The notes under the pieces were generated by a model. That model had not been told where the DNA came from, did no database searches, and worked only from the letters and a program-made list of their open reading frames with translations. This document shows, piece by piece, positions 13,591 through 25,461 of a stretch of DNA of 64,000 nucleotides; the first letter of the stretch is position 1; every line of letters begins with the position of its first letter. The DNA lies in NCBI RefSeq assembly GCF_006345805.1, contig NC_043000.1:161138001-161202000 (forward strand), written 5' to 3'. This DNA comes from Octopus sinensis (taxonomy: Eukaryota). The position numbers were made by a program, and so were the translations under genes.

Positions 13591-14653
13591 ACGATAAAAA
13601 AAAGTGAAGAAGTATTAAGGAAAACAAATGTACGCTGAATGGAATAATCCTATTGACGAGCGCAAGAATCTGGTCCATTTATATCTTAGGAAATTGATTT
13701 GATAGAATTTTATAACGAACTTTTATTGTTTCTTTCTAAAGATTTCCTCAATGTCACCTACTCCAATTAACTTCATATGATCCTTTATTCTATTTACAAT
13801 ATCCCATTCTCTCTTCAGTTTGCTACAACACGAACAATGTTGCCTACTGACTTCATCCTCTGATAATCTTACACTTGATTGTTACCCACTAGGGGATAAT
13901 ATATTTTATTGCATTGGCCACTGCTTCTACTCCCATCAGATCTTTCCATGATGTAATTTTTCGGTGAGTCTACAGTAAACAGGCATCGCATGTTATTATA
14001 ACAGCATACATTGCATTACCTTGAATGGTGTTGCTGCATTATGTTGTAACATATTTTATTCCTATCGAAGTATGCTTGTATGAATAAACATCTAACAATT
14101 CTGTTTTATTTTTCATCTGACTACAATAATATACCCCATCACTTGGTTATTATTTTCCCAACCTCTTTCGTTCTCCATGAATGTATAAAACCTAGGTTTA
14201 TATTACAGAACCGGTCCCAGCATACATGAATATACTTTTCGAGCTGAAAGCAGTAAATATTCTCTTCGTTTCCACCGTGGTTCAGAAAGAAACTATGCTT
14301 CGAACAAACCAATTAAGGGATGCGATTTCATGTTCCAGCTGAAGCAATTCTGCTATACTTCACTAACGTTGCTAAACAACCTCAGAATAGTTCGAACGTA
14401 ATACAATATTCTCTCTAAATATGAAATCCCTGTCCTACAGCATCAAGCAAAACGTTACATTGCTACAACGCTATCAGATATAAGTATATTTTGATCATTA
14501 TTGGGGAAATGCGTTGCTAATGAAGATTTCTTTTTAATCAAAATCTAGAGAAAATCAGAAAATAATTATCTTAGAATATGAAATCACATCTGTTATTTTA
14601 AATTAAAGAACCATAAAACATACAATCTTCATAATTAATGGTTTCGTTTTGTA

Positions 14654-14873
14654 CGATGGGGTGCAGAAATGTCCTGGCTTTTAAGGTATCTCGAAAGGCC
14701 TGGCTGGAGACCCAACTATCTGAGATCTTTTACAGACCCTAGAAAACTGAAAGGCAGCTGCAATAAGCGTATGAATCTGAAAGGTGAATATGTTGCATAA
14801 AATCATAATTCACGGATTCTCCTGTATTTTCTTTCCTTTTACTAAAAGCTAGGAACTTGTCAGCACCTCTTCG
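14654..14873 (+). mobile_element. Mariner-derived MITE
   Basis: TIRs cgatggggtgcagaaatgtcctggctttta / rc cgaagaggtgctgacaagttcctagctttta, TA on both sides; internal KRMNLKGEYVA* resembles a mariner transposase C-terminus. Confidence 0.75.
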
Positions 14874-15265
14874 TAAATTGTACAATCTCTGCACGTATTT
14901 CCAACTTAGATAGACTGACACGTTTATAGTCAAAGATTTTGCTCAAAGTCATATTATTTTAAAATAATTTTCAATATACATAGCCTCAGCTATTTTGACT
15001 GAGAATCGAAATTGCAAATCCTACGTGTAAGGAAAATGTATCACTTAGTCAGAAACCAGCTGTATGCTCCAGCAAGGTCCTGGTTGAAACCAATAAAAGA
15101 ATAAAAGAATATAGATATGCATATACATACACACGTATAGATACATATGTCAATGTGTGTATCTAAAATATATATCTCTGGAAACAGGTGATATTTGCCG
15201 ACAAGAAGAGCGTCCGGTCACAGTAAATATGCCTCAAACTTCTACCCATGCTTTTATGTAAGTGA

Positions 15266-15321
<56 letters not shown>

Positions 15322-15439
15322 TGTGTGTGTGTGTGTGTGTGTGCCTGTGTCTGTGTCTGTGTGTACATATGCATAGCCATATGCTATTTGAAACAACGAC
15401 ACATGCAAACATAAATTCACAAACGTATAAAAGTACTTC

Positions 15440-17095
15440 TAGTGTCTAATGCGGTACCACTTTTCGGAATTATGCGAGACAAGTTACACAAAACCCATTT
15501 ACCCAAAGGTAAGAACAGGGAGGAAATGGAAAGCAGAAAAACCAGTAAACAGCGCGATCGGAAAGCTAAGGCATGTCGATATAGTCAGAGCGACGCAAGA
15601 AGCAAGATCCAGTCGAGGGTTGCACAATTTCAAACCATTTTGCACGAGCCATGTCAAAGAGATGAAAGTGGCAGTGGTACACGAATTGAGAAAGGTGGAA
15701 AAAGAAAGACAAAATGTTCATTTGGTACAATGTAGTCAACAGTGACAGTGCCTGATGGGAGGAATATGTGGTCAGTTGCAGAATCTCATTGAAGGAACTT
15801 TAGGCTTGGGAACAAGCAATAACATCCTTCATGATCAAGTCTACTTCCGACGGTTTGCCTTCCCTGGCCAATTTCGTCCGGTGGAACATACAGACGACTG
15901 AAGAATGTAGATCTGGAGAGAAAGCGACAGTGAGACATGTTCTGTCAGACAACAGGCTAGCACTAGACACGTATACATGGCGACACAATCAAGTCCTCGG
16001 TGTTACAAACGCAGCAGTCAAGGAGAAGATCGAGGAAATAATAGGGGAGAATACCCGAAAGTGGTAAAGCGCGGAAAGATATACATCCAGGAGGAGGGAA
16101 CAGGACATAAGACCAGGCCTTCATAAAAATATATATATACACGACAGACGAAAGACGGAAGGGTTAGTGGGAGCTGGCTGTGGATTTGGGAAGACTGTTA
16201 ATATGTCCACGCATAAAAACAACAAAAAGGCTGTACTTTATCCTATGGAATACAGAACGAGAAATTGGAGCTTAGCTAGAGCTGACAGTGCCATCGGAAG
16301 TGAATATCGCTAATGCAGAGCAACGGATTCAGGGGAGGTATGAGAAATTAATCGAAGAGTGCAGGGAACAGGGGTGGACTGTCGAGTATTAACACCTGAC
16401 AGTGGAGGCTAGAGACTTCTTTGAAGGAGAACTGGCGACGATAATTAAAATTTTGCGTTTTCCAGTTCAGAGCTGAGAAAAGTAATGGGGACGATACAGG
16501 AGGCCATCGACAAAGCCAGCTTCTATATATGGCTGAAACGAGAAGACCCGAAATGGCTCGAAATCCATAACATGCCAACTGGGAAATAGCGACGCTAGGT
16601 GAGGCCGGCTGACATCTAAAAAGTGTAGCTGCTTGACAGGTGGGACGAGGGAACTATATCGTTCAATGCGTGTCCTTGTCCCAGATAGTTCGAAGGCTTT
16701 TACCACCAGACAGCTAGTCGGCTCTAGCTGCTGGAGCTGAAACTAACATGACTCTGTTGGAATGTAGGTTGAGTGAGGCGCGGGGCAAAACTATGCGCCC
16801 TTCCCCTCAATTGGTCAGTTGAAGCTTAGATTGTGTCACATGCCAGTTTGCATGCGCTGGCTGCTGGAGTCTACCGGCGAGTATTTAGAGGGTAATCTGT
16901 CAGGGTGGTCATTCGCCCGCTTACAGAAAAAATGCTCTCAACGCTAGAACTGAAGACACCTCTGACAGGTGGAGCCCCGCCAGGTCAATAACGGTAGAGG
17001 AGAAGGGGCCGAAACAGAACGTGGTTTCTCCTAATGATGCCCTAAGCCACTGGATCCTATAAAGGAGTTGTTGAAGTAGCGAACCACGAAGCGTG
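15440..17095 (+). mobile_element. HERO-clade RLE non-LTR retrotransposon, 5'-truncated and decayed
   Basis: Motifs KVRTGRKWKAE...LRHVDIV; IKSTSDGLPSLANFVRW...HVLS...YTWRHNQVL; ILWNTE...LELTVPSE...RYEKLIEECREQGW...VEARDF; KASFYIWLKRE. ORF ends near 16570, then a GC-richer 3' UTR. Confidence 0.8.
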
Positions 17096-17529
17096 GTTGG
17101 AATTCATAATGGTTTGGATTCTAAAATTATCGAAATAATTCTAATCAATATTAAACTTACCCGATATTCATATGAATGTCATCATTCTTATTTTACAAAG
17201 ATACGTACACATATATACACATACACAGGAATATACATTAATACACACATGCACGCACACTCACTCTTACGTATTTAGTGGCTAATCAAAAATGAAACAA
17301 ATATGTACATTAAAGTCACAAAGTATACAGTATTAAAACGTATATATACACACGTACATACATAACACATACATACATTCATACATTCATACATTCATAC
17401 ATACATACATACATACATGCATAACATAAATACATACATAACATACGTGTCCGACAATGGCTTAAGTGGCCGAAATTTCGAAGTTACTCTCAGAAATGTT
17501 CTTGTTTAAGAATAATAAATATATATCAT

Positions 17530-17945
17530 ATATATAACAAAGTGGAGTTGTAGGGTACCGCACGAGTGGAATTATATACGAAAGAAGGTTTGAAAATGCA
17601 ATTTTAAAAGATGTTTATTTACTTTACCGGTTTCACTCTTTGGAAAAAGATTGTCATAAATAGCATGTAGAAGTTTGGTTGCGTTAATTATTGGTTGTTA
17701 CAAATTGCTACATTACATATGTCCTTAACATGTCCTTGTTACCAAAGACGGTATATATGTAATGTAGCAATTTGTAACAACCAATAATTAACGTAACCAA
17801 ACTTCTACATGTTACTTTTGACCATCTTTTTCCAAAGACTGAAACCGGTAAAGTAAATAAACATCTTTTAAAATTGCATTTTCAAACCTTCTTTCGTATA
17901 TAATTCCACTCGTGCGGTACCCTACAACTCCACTTTGTTATATAT
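17530..17945. repeat. Long inverted repeat (~190-bp arms, ~33-nt spacer) of a Penelope-type terminal repeat; each arm has a decayed hammerhead
   Basis: 17530-17720 is the reverse complement of 17753-17945 with about 6 mismatches; the arms contain GAAAC-CG-GTA and stem II tcttt/aaaga. Confidence 0.9.
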
Positions 17946-17951
17946 ATATAT

Positions 17952-17990
<39 letters not shown>

Positions 17991-17992
17991 CT

Positions 17993-18040
<48 letters not shown>

Positions 18041-18409
18041 TAGATAGATAGATATAGATAGATAGATAAATGCATACATACATATATAGAAACCTACAAA
18101 AATATTATGCCCATAGAGATACACATGTTAGAAGATCATAGCAACCGGTAAATATAAAGACAAATAAAATACATAAATGACAGGGGTCTACATAAAAATA
18201 CGGAAATATGAAAATGGTAGATAAATAATTAAATATATATACATATGAATAAACAAGTTTTAATATAGAAATGCAGCAAAAGAAAAATGGAACTAAATGC
18301 AGTTGGAACTTACGTCACTTGGGCACTTACGTATGAAAAGGAATAATATTTTATATGCGATAAGTATTTAAGAACATTGCTCGAGACGTACATAAATACA
18401 GATACACAT

Positions 18410-18802
18410 ATAAAATGTATCTATATATATGTACGTGCACATGTGGGTATGTATGTATACATGTATATATGTATGCATGTACGTATGTATTACGTATGTG
18501 TGTATGTGTTACGTATATATATATATATATATATGCGTGTGTGTGTGTGTGTATATACATATATATGTATATATATGTATATATGTTTGTGTGTCTGTGT
18601 GTGTGTATGTATCTATATATATATACAAATCGGTTTCATTCAGGAAGGAAAAAGAAATTTATGAGAAAAACAAAAGAACGAACGCGAATACTTTCAACTC
18701 CTTATCCGTTGTCGACGAAATAATATTAAACGTCGACTTGCATATACACATACACACACATATATATATATGTACATATGTGTATATACAATGCATACAC
18801 AA

Positions 18803-18866
<64 letters not shown>

Positions 18867-19010
18867 CACACATATATATACATATATACAAACATATATA
18901 TATAAACATATACTTATATGTAAATATATATACACCTGTACGTGTGAGTGTGTATGTATGTACTTTATATATATATATAAGCAAGGATATATACACGTAT
19001 AGTCAGAGAC
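18410..19010. repeat. (TA)n/(TG)n/(CA)n low-complexity tract
   Basis: Directly visible. Confidence 0.95.
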
Positions 19011-19471
19011 ATATACACAAGCCTATAGCATACATTTACTCATACATACAGAAACCTACGTACATGGTTAGTAAAAAGCTAATCTAAAGAAATAAATACA
19101 GTGACAAATAAACAGATGCTCACGTATATTAATATATTTGCAAAATTATATATATAAATTCTTAAATAAATATACATATATATATATGTATATATATATT
19201 TATATGTATATATATATATATACCTACAGTGATAAATATGTGTAAATATTAAACTTGAGATATTCTGCAAATACACATAAATTAGCATATACACACACAC
19301 AACGCTCGCGCACATATACCCATATGTAAAAATATATTTAAATTTGTCTTTTTCGTTCTCTTTCAACACACACACACACACACACACGCACTTACAGAAA
19401 TATGTGTCTATATTTTTTTATGTGTGTATATATATATAGTTGGAATTTACAAAAACAGAAGACGAAGACAA

Positions 19472-19659
19472 ATTATATTTATACAAAACAAGAGAGATGG
19501 AGATAAGATGAATAAATGTTTATTAACATTGACAAGACCAGACCTATAATTGTTTCAGCAAGTGAAGAAATGAAACGATTGTAGTTTTGGTGTTGTCAAC
19601 GTTAATAAACTTTTACTAATCTAAGCTCCACCTCTCCTGTTTTCTATAATATTCATAAT
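19472..19659. repeat. Diverged inverted repeat (~85-bp arms)
   Basis: aaaacaagagagatggag...tttattaacattgacaa...gtttca mirrors tgaaac...ttgtcaacgttaataaa...ctccacctctcctgtttt. Confidence 0.8.
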
Positions 19660-19789
19660 ACTATATATGGATGTACGTGCTTTGATAGGCATTCAACCAG
19701 TCTAATCTTGGATAATTTTATCCCTTCCCGCGAGGTTTATATCCTCACTTGTACCTTGATATATGTATATATATATATATATATATATA

Positions 19790-20186
19790 GGTAATACTAA
19801 GTAATTAAGGGTTTAGCAACGATTTGCCTCACCATACACCGAATTTAGAAATAGCAGTCAAAGAGTTATAGCTATTCTTTCTACTAAAAGGGAGATCTCA
19901 GTAAAACCGCAGCACTTGAAAGGCAAACACAGACAGGCAAGAGAGAAGGAAATGACGGCAATCCATCATACAATTTTAAGTCACCTACGGACGTACGTTT
20001 CGAAATTAAGTTTTAGGAAAGCATAAGAATTAGATAATTATGACTTACCCAACTTCTTTTCTCATCAGCGTAGGACACTACAATTATGAATAATTGTATA
20101 TTAAATTTCGAGATACTAGAAGGCATCATTACAACTCAGTATCAGAGCGAGCTAAAACCGTTACCAGTATCACCAAATTCAAATTC

Positions 20187-20187
<1 letters not shown>
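19790..20187 (-). mobile_element. Short hammerhead-bearing element (Penelope-type terminal repeat or retrozyme-like) inserted in (TA)n
   Basis: ~400 bp of non-microsatellite sequence flanked by (TA)n on both sides, containing an intact hammerhead. Confidence 0.65.
19981..20078 (-). ncRNA. Type I hammerhead ribozyme, intact core
   Basis: Reverse complement: cctacg-CTGATGA-g[long stem II: aagtt/aactt, cataa/ttatg]c-GAAAC-gtac-GTC-cgtagg. 6-bp stem I; minimal stem III with palindromic ACGTACGT. Confidence 0.85.
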
Positions 20188-20218
<31 letters not shown>

Positions 20219-20430
20219 GGAGAGAGGGGGATAGAGAGACAGACAGACAGACATAGACAAGAATGAACATGTATATTTGAATATAATCAGATAGTGTACG
20301 TAAGATACCACATACACATGCACACATATACACACCCACTCCCGCTCATTAATATTTATGCAGATATTTATATATATACATATTTACACACATACTACAC
20401 ATATATTTATATATTAAGACACAGACACAG

Positions 20431-20476
<46 letters not shown>

Positions 20477-21517
20477 ATGCATATGCATATTTGCACATGT
20501 ATTTGAGTGCATATGTGTGTAAAACCGCTAAGCAGGCTTTGAAGGGGACACTAATTCTCCTCTAAGAAACCCAACTAGATGCGCTATTGTTTATCATAAT
20601 GGGATCATCCTGCCTTTAATTTCTCTGTAGATACGCACGAATATTACTGCAAATTTGATGACGGAGAAATACTCAATATATTACTGATTGGTTCACCTCT
20701 ATCACGCATTTACTTGCTACCATTTACATTTTATATGGTATTAGTAACTGGTATGTTAATATTTCTCTCAGTTTACTCGAGAAAGTGATCGAGACTGCAC
20801 AATTTTGCACACAGAGTACCGTAATATTTGTATTTGTTTAGAAAAATAAACTTAAGTTTACTTTTCTAAGTCTTTTTAGCCAAAGAAAACATATCACACT
20901 ACCTTCGACGTCAGCTGTGGAGTAGCCATCTGATCCTGTTAGTTCAAAATAACAAAATGAAATAAAAACAAAATTACTTATGGTCAATTGTGGACTGTAC
21001 ACTAAAGTCTGTCTTCTTAAGCTTACTCATGTCAACAAAAAATACGCAGAGCAAATAAGAACATTTGTTTTTGAGTATATAATCTTTCAATAACAATCGT
21101 AAGAAATGCTTATTGTATTTATTTCCTGAGTGTTAGCTTTTCTAATGGCTTAGACTTTCCATTTCATAAACTTTGTGATTCTTTAAGTTATCTCCAAAGG
21201 ATTTCTAATCCTCTAAGATACTTTGTTAGTAACTCATTTGAAATATATCTTTAGGTTAACCAACATTTCTGCTAATGAACTCATTTACAAAGACAGTTTA
21301 CACTTTTGTAATGTGAGTGAAGGACATAGCTGCTTTATATGATAAAGATCAATGTATCCCCATCATAGACGAAAGCATTTTAACTGGAGTTATATGTTGG
21401 TATCACCTTTGTTCGCTTTAGAAGACTCCACACTAAACAATAAATATTCATCAACTTATCTGTTCTACATCGATACCAACGCATCTTTCCTAAAATGAAC
21501 TGAGCTATGGACTACAT

Positions 21518-21746
21518 CAGTTGTTCTCAATCGCGTTCCATATTTTCCTTGGGGGACCATATAAGATTTTGTTTTTAAACTTATTTGAGATTAATTGGTT
21601 ATACATTTTTAAAATATCATTTCTAATATTTAATTATATAAATACATGATCTTTTAAGCATCGAATGGTTAGGCGACGGCGTCTATCCGAGTAAAATAGA
21701 AATCGAAAGGATCCATAGGTAACATAAAAATGGTTGAGAGACTCTG
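21518..21746. mobile_element. hAT-type MITE
   Basis: Ends cagttgttctcaa / ttgagagactctg; near-identical 8-bp flanks gactacat (21510-21517) and ggctacat (21747-21754), consistent with an 8-bp TSD. Confidence 0.7.
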
Positions 21747-21947
21747 GGCTACATTAATTCGACCCTCTTTTGTGCTTTTTGCTCTGATATAGGTTTATCT
21801 GGAACTCTGGACAGCAAGAAGTCAAGTTATTTCTTGAAAAAAGCAACCACTATTCCATTGACATCTCCCATACATATATCACGAATATGTGCGCGCGTTG
21901 TTTGTGTATAAATATTATGCGTAGGAAAATGCATATACAGTCATATA

Positions 21948-22040
<93 letters not shown>

Positions 22041-22640
22041 GTATATCTACATACACGTTATATACTGTTTAAAGAAAGATGTATGAATATATGTTTTTTA
22101 TTTATGTGTTTAGCTCTTGTAACGCGCTTTGCAGTTTATATCCATGATATATTCTTGAAATATCTCATTATGTATTAAGTAGAATGACACATAATAACAG
22201 ATAATACCTGATTTAACTTGTATGTCTATTATATCGTGTGCAGGTGATTGTGATGTTTTGGATAATAGTAATGTTTTGTGTGCTATGTTTAAATGGAAAT
22301 ACGTTGAAAAAGGTTGAAAGAAAAAGAAACTAACAACAAAAAAAAATTGCGAATGAATATACATGTGTTTTTGGGTAATAATAATTCTGTAGGTAATGAC
22401 AATTTTGTAAACACTGTATTCTATGCAGAATCTTGACATGGCACCAGTACATTACCAATATATATATATATATATAAATATATATATATATTTCATCGAA
22501 TTTGAATCATCTGTAAAGTAGATTTTGACCCCATCCTTATCCTTCATTGTTATTTAACATTGTGTTTCTTACAGGATCGATGGCTGTGAGTTTTGAAAAT
22601 GGGTGGACAAACTGTCATGTTTATCCATATATACATATAT

Positions 22641-22741
<101 letters not shown>

Positions 22742-23560
22742 TCTTTGTGGTTATAATTTAAATTTGTCCAGTATCTTGACAATGATAGATAAATATAAAT
22801 GTCATCTGTTTTGCTTTCCTATTAATAAAGCGTTAGTGTTTGCCAGAAAGCTTTAACAATTCAATATATTCCATTCTCTGTTGCTGATGTATTGGCGGGC
22901 GTCAGTTTGAGACTGATTAAGCACCATATCGGCCCCCCTTTAACAAGTTCTGTGATAAAAAAAAAAATTCCAGCTATGACCATACTGTCTGCTTTCCTTT
23001 ACAAGCAAGTAATTGTCCAGCACCATCGATATTAAATATGCCCATGTTTTGCAAGATACATTACATCTAGTACTGTAATGTTCAATGTTTCAATTATTTC
23101 TTCTGTGAAATTGTAGTGATATAATATAAATTTTGCTACGATTTCCATATTGAATGATTGCGTCCAATCATAATATTTTAGGTTATGTTATGAAGATAAA
23201 CATTACTATTACGGCTTGAGAATGAAGCTCAGGGTGTACGTATGTGTCTGAGAAATTGCCGTTCACTTATATATTCATTCAGGTGGAGGTAATTAAGTTG
23301 AATGAATCCTTATTTTCAAACAACGGAACTGTACGACTGCCAGCGCTTCATGTGCGTATTTACATATATGCTAATTACTTGTAGGGACACCGTATTTCGT
23401 TATGCAGTGAAAATATAATTCAAACTATATTAAACGCGTTATAAGTCAATACTGTGATTTACTTTGTTAGAAGTGCAACTAAATCACATGTTAAGTTTAT
23501 CTCAGCACTGATTTGTTACTTTTCGTTTCCGAAGATGTTTAGTGTAGACAATAGTGCGAG

Positions 23561-23860
23561 AGAAGATGAGGAAACAGGTAATAGGGGTATATGCTTATTT
23601 CAAGAGTTCTTGCTCCATCTTTAGCCCTACACTCAACCCATTTACCATCCACGAACTCATTTGCATAACGAAATACTCTGTCTCTGCAAGTAATTACAGC
23701 TGCCAGGAATGTGATTAATATATAAAATTAGAATACACTGTTATATTTAGAGGTAATCTAAGTAACGAGTTCGTGGATAGCTAATTGGCTGGATGAGATG
23801 CTGAGAAGGAGCCAGACATGAAATATGCATATATACCCATTTCTTATCATTCTATCTTCG
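23561..23860. repeat. Old foldback or MITE with ~100-bp imperfect inverted arms
   Basis: gggtatatgcttatttca...gctcc...atccacgaactc mirrored by gagttcgtggat...ggagc...tgaaatatgcatatataccc. Confidence 0.7.
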
Positions 23861-24359
23861 ATCGCATTGTTGTTTGCATTAGGCGTATTCGGATACGAAA
23901 CGACGTGACAAATCAGTGTTGGCTATAGTTTCTATAGATAACTTTAACATGTCATAAAAATTTTGCTCAAAAGTGTCGCCTAACGAAAACGCAACCTAGA
24001 ATAATGCCACGTGGTTTATGATAACTCAAAGAAAATTATTGAATTAGAAGACAATATTTGTGATAAACCATATAACGACTATGAAAAGAATGTGAGCAGT
24101 AGCATAAGCCCCGCTTTTAATGTGAATTTGACTAGTATCAACCGGGCTTGTGACACTAACAGTTCATTATCCGTATGTAGATGCATCAGGCATTCTAATA
24201 TTTATAAAGAAAAAAATAAACAGAAAAGCGAAGCTGCTTACTTATCGAATCATCATGACCATTTGATTCCAGGATCGTAAAGAAAGAGGAGAAAAACAAA
24301 TATATATATACATATATATAATTCCCTAAAATCTGATATAGGAAGAAATTGAAAATCTT

Positions 24360-24566
24360 ATAATAATTATTGCGCTGGGGATTAAGCCAAGATCTAGACT
24401 AGTGGCTGAGGTAGGTTGAAATATAATGCCCGGTACAGTTCCTACACAAAATCTGTGTCTTAGGGACAGCAAGTATTATCAGGAGAGTGATAAGGTCATA
24501 GGTAATAACCTGCGATCCACTGGACGCCTACCGAGAATAAGACCGAACCTGAGACAAACCAAAATA

Positions 24567-24631
<65 letters not shown>
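24360..24631 (+). mobile_element. R4/Dong-type LINE 3' end with (AAT)n tail
   Basis: Decayed C-terminus IALG...LGTASIIRRVI, short UTR, (AAT)n tail 24563-24631, then (AAG)n to ~24678. Confidence 0.7.
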
Positions 24632-24661
<30 letters not shown>

Positions 24662-24689
24662 AAGAAGAAGAAGAAGAAATGAAATCATT

Positions 24690-25417
24690 GATATTTGTAC
24701 CTCTGGTGAACAGAGCTTTTATACGGGGTTTAAAAAAGCAGACCGAAAGAATCTCAATGAGTGGGTCAGGAAGATAAATGCTATCGCCGGTGATATCAGG
24801 ACTGGCAGCATCACAGACACCAACAATCTGATAAATGCAATCTCGATCTTTATAGGCCAGAATTTAGATTTGAAAGCCAAAGGTATATGTCAACATAACA
24901 TGAAGGGACCGTGGTGGGAAAGGAGAATAGCGCTGTCTATTGACGAGACCAAATATCATGTTAATATTCTGGAACGGAAAAAACGGATTGAAGCTCAACG
25001 GGAGAAATATGTTGAGCCAGAGGGGAAGTATAGGGTGAGGAGAAAGGGAATCAATGTTGTGATTAAGGAATTAAAAGGGAGGTTGAAAGCTAAAGCACAT
25101 ACACTAAAGAGATATGAACAGAGAATTGAGCAATGCAGATTAAACAGACTTTTCAAGACAGTGCCATTTATTTTTGAAGACAGCATAAGAAGGCATCAAG
25201 AGGAATGTAAAGGAAGTTGGAATAATGTTCCCAGTAAAAACTCTTACAAAAGATTTTCCTCCTTGGCTCCACCAGAATAATCAGGAAAGTATCAGATAGT
25301 TGAAAAAAACAGATAGCATGGTACCGTAGTCTGCAGGCAGCAAGCCCGCTATGCATGCGACGCTCCAGGAATTCCTGCAAAACCTGTGATAAAAAGAAAT
25401 AATTGTAAGAGAAATAA

Positions 25418-25461
<44 letters not shown>
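24690..25461 (+). mobile_element. Internally deleted R4/Dong-type LINE
   Basis: Pre-RT region (FKKADR...ITDTNNLI...PWWERRI...KYRVRRKG...ELKGRLKAK..LKRYEQRIEQCRLNRLF) is joined within ~50 bp to the extreme C-terminus (QKIFLLGSTRIIRKV), then UTR and (TAG)n. Confidence 0.75.

Noticed and set aside
17448-17490. ccgacaatggc...gccgaaa as a further hammerhead
   Set aside because: The core has several substitutions and stems I and III cannot be formed convincingly.
24011-24280. 89-aa + strand ORF as a terminal exon
   Set aside because: No recognisable motif or clear splice acceptor; the length is compatible with chance.
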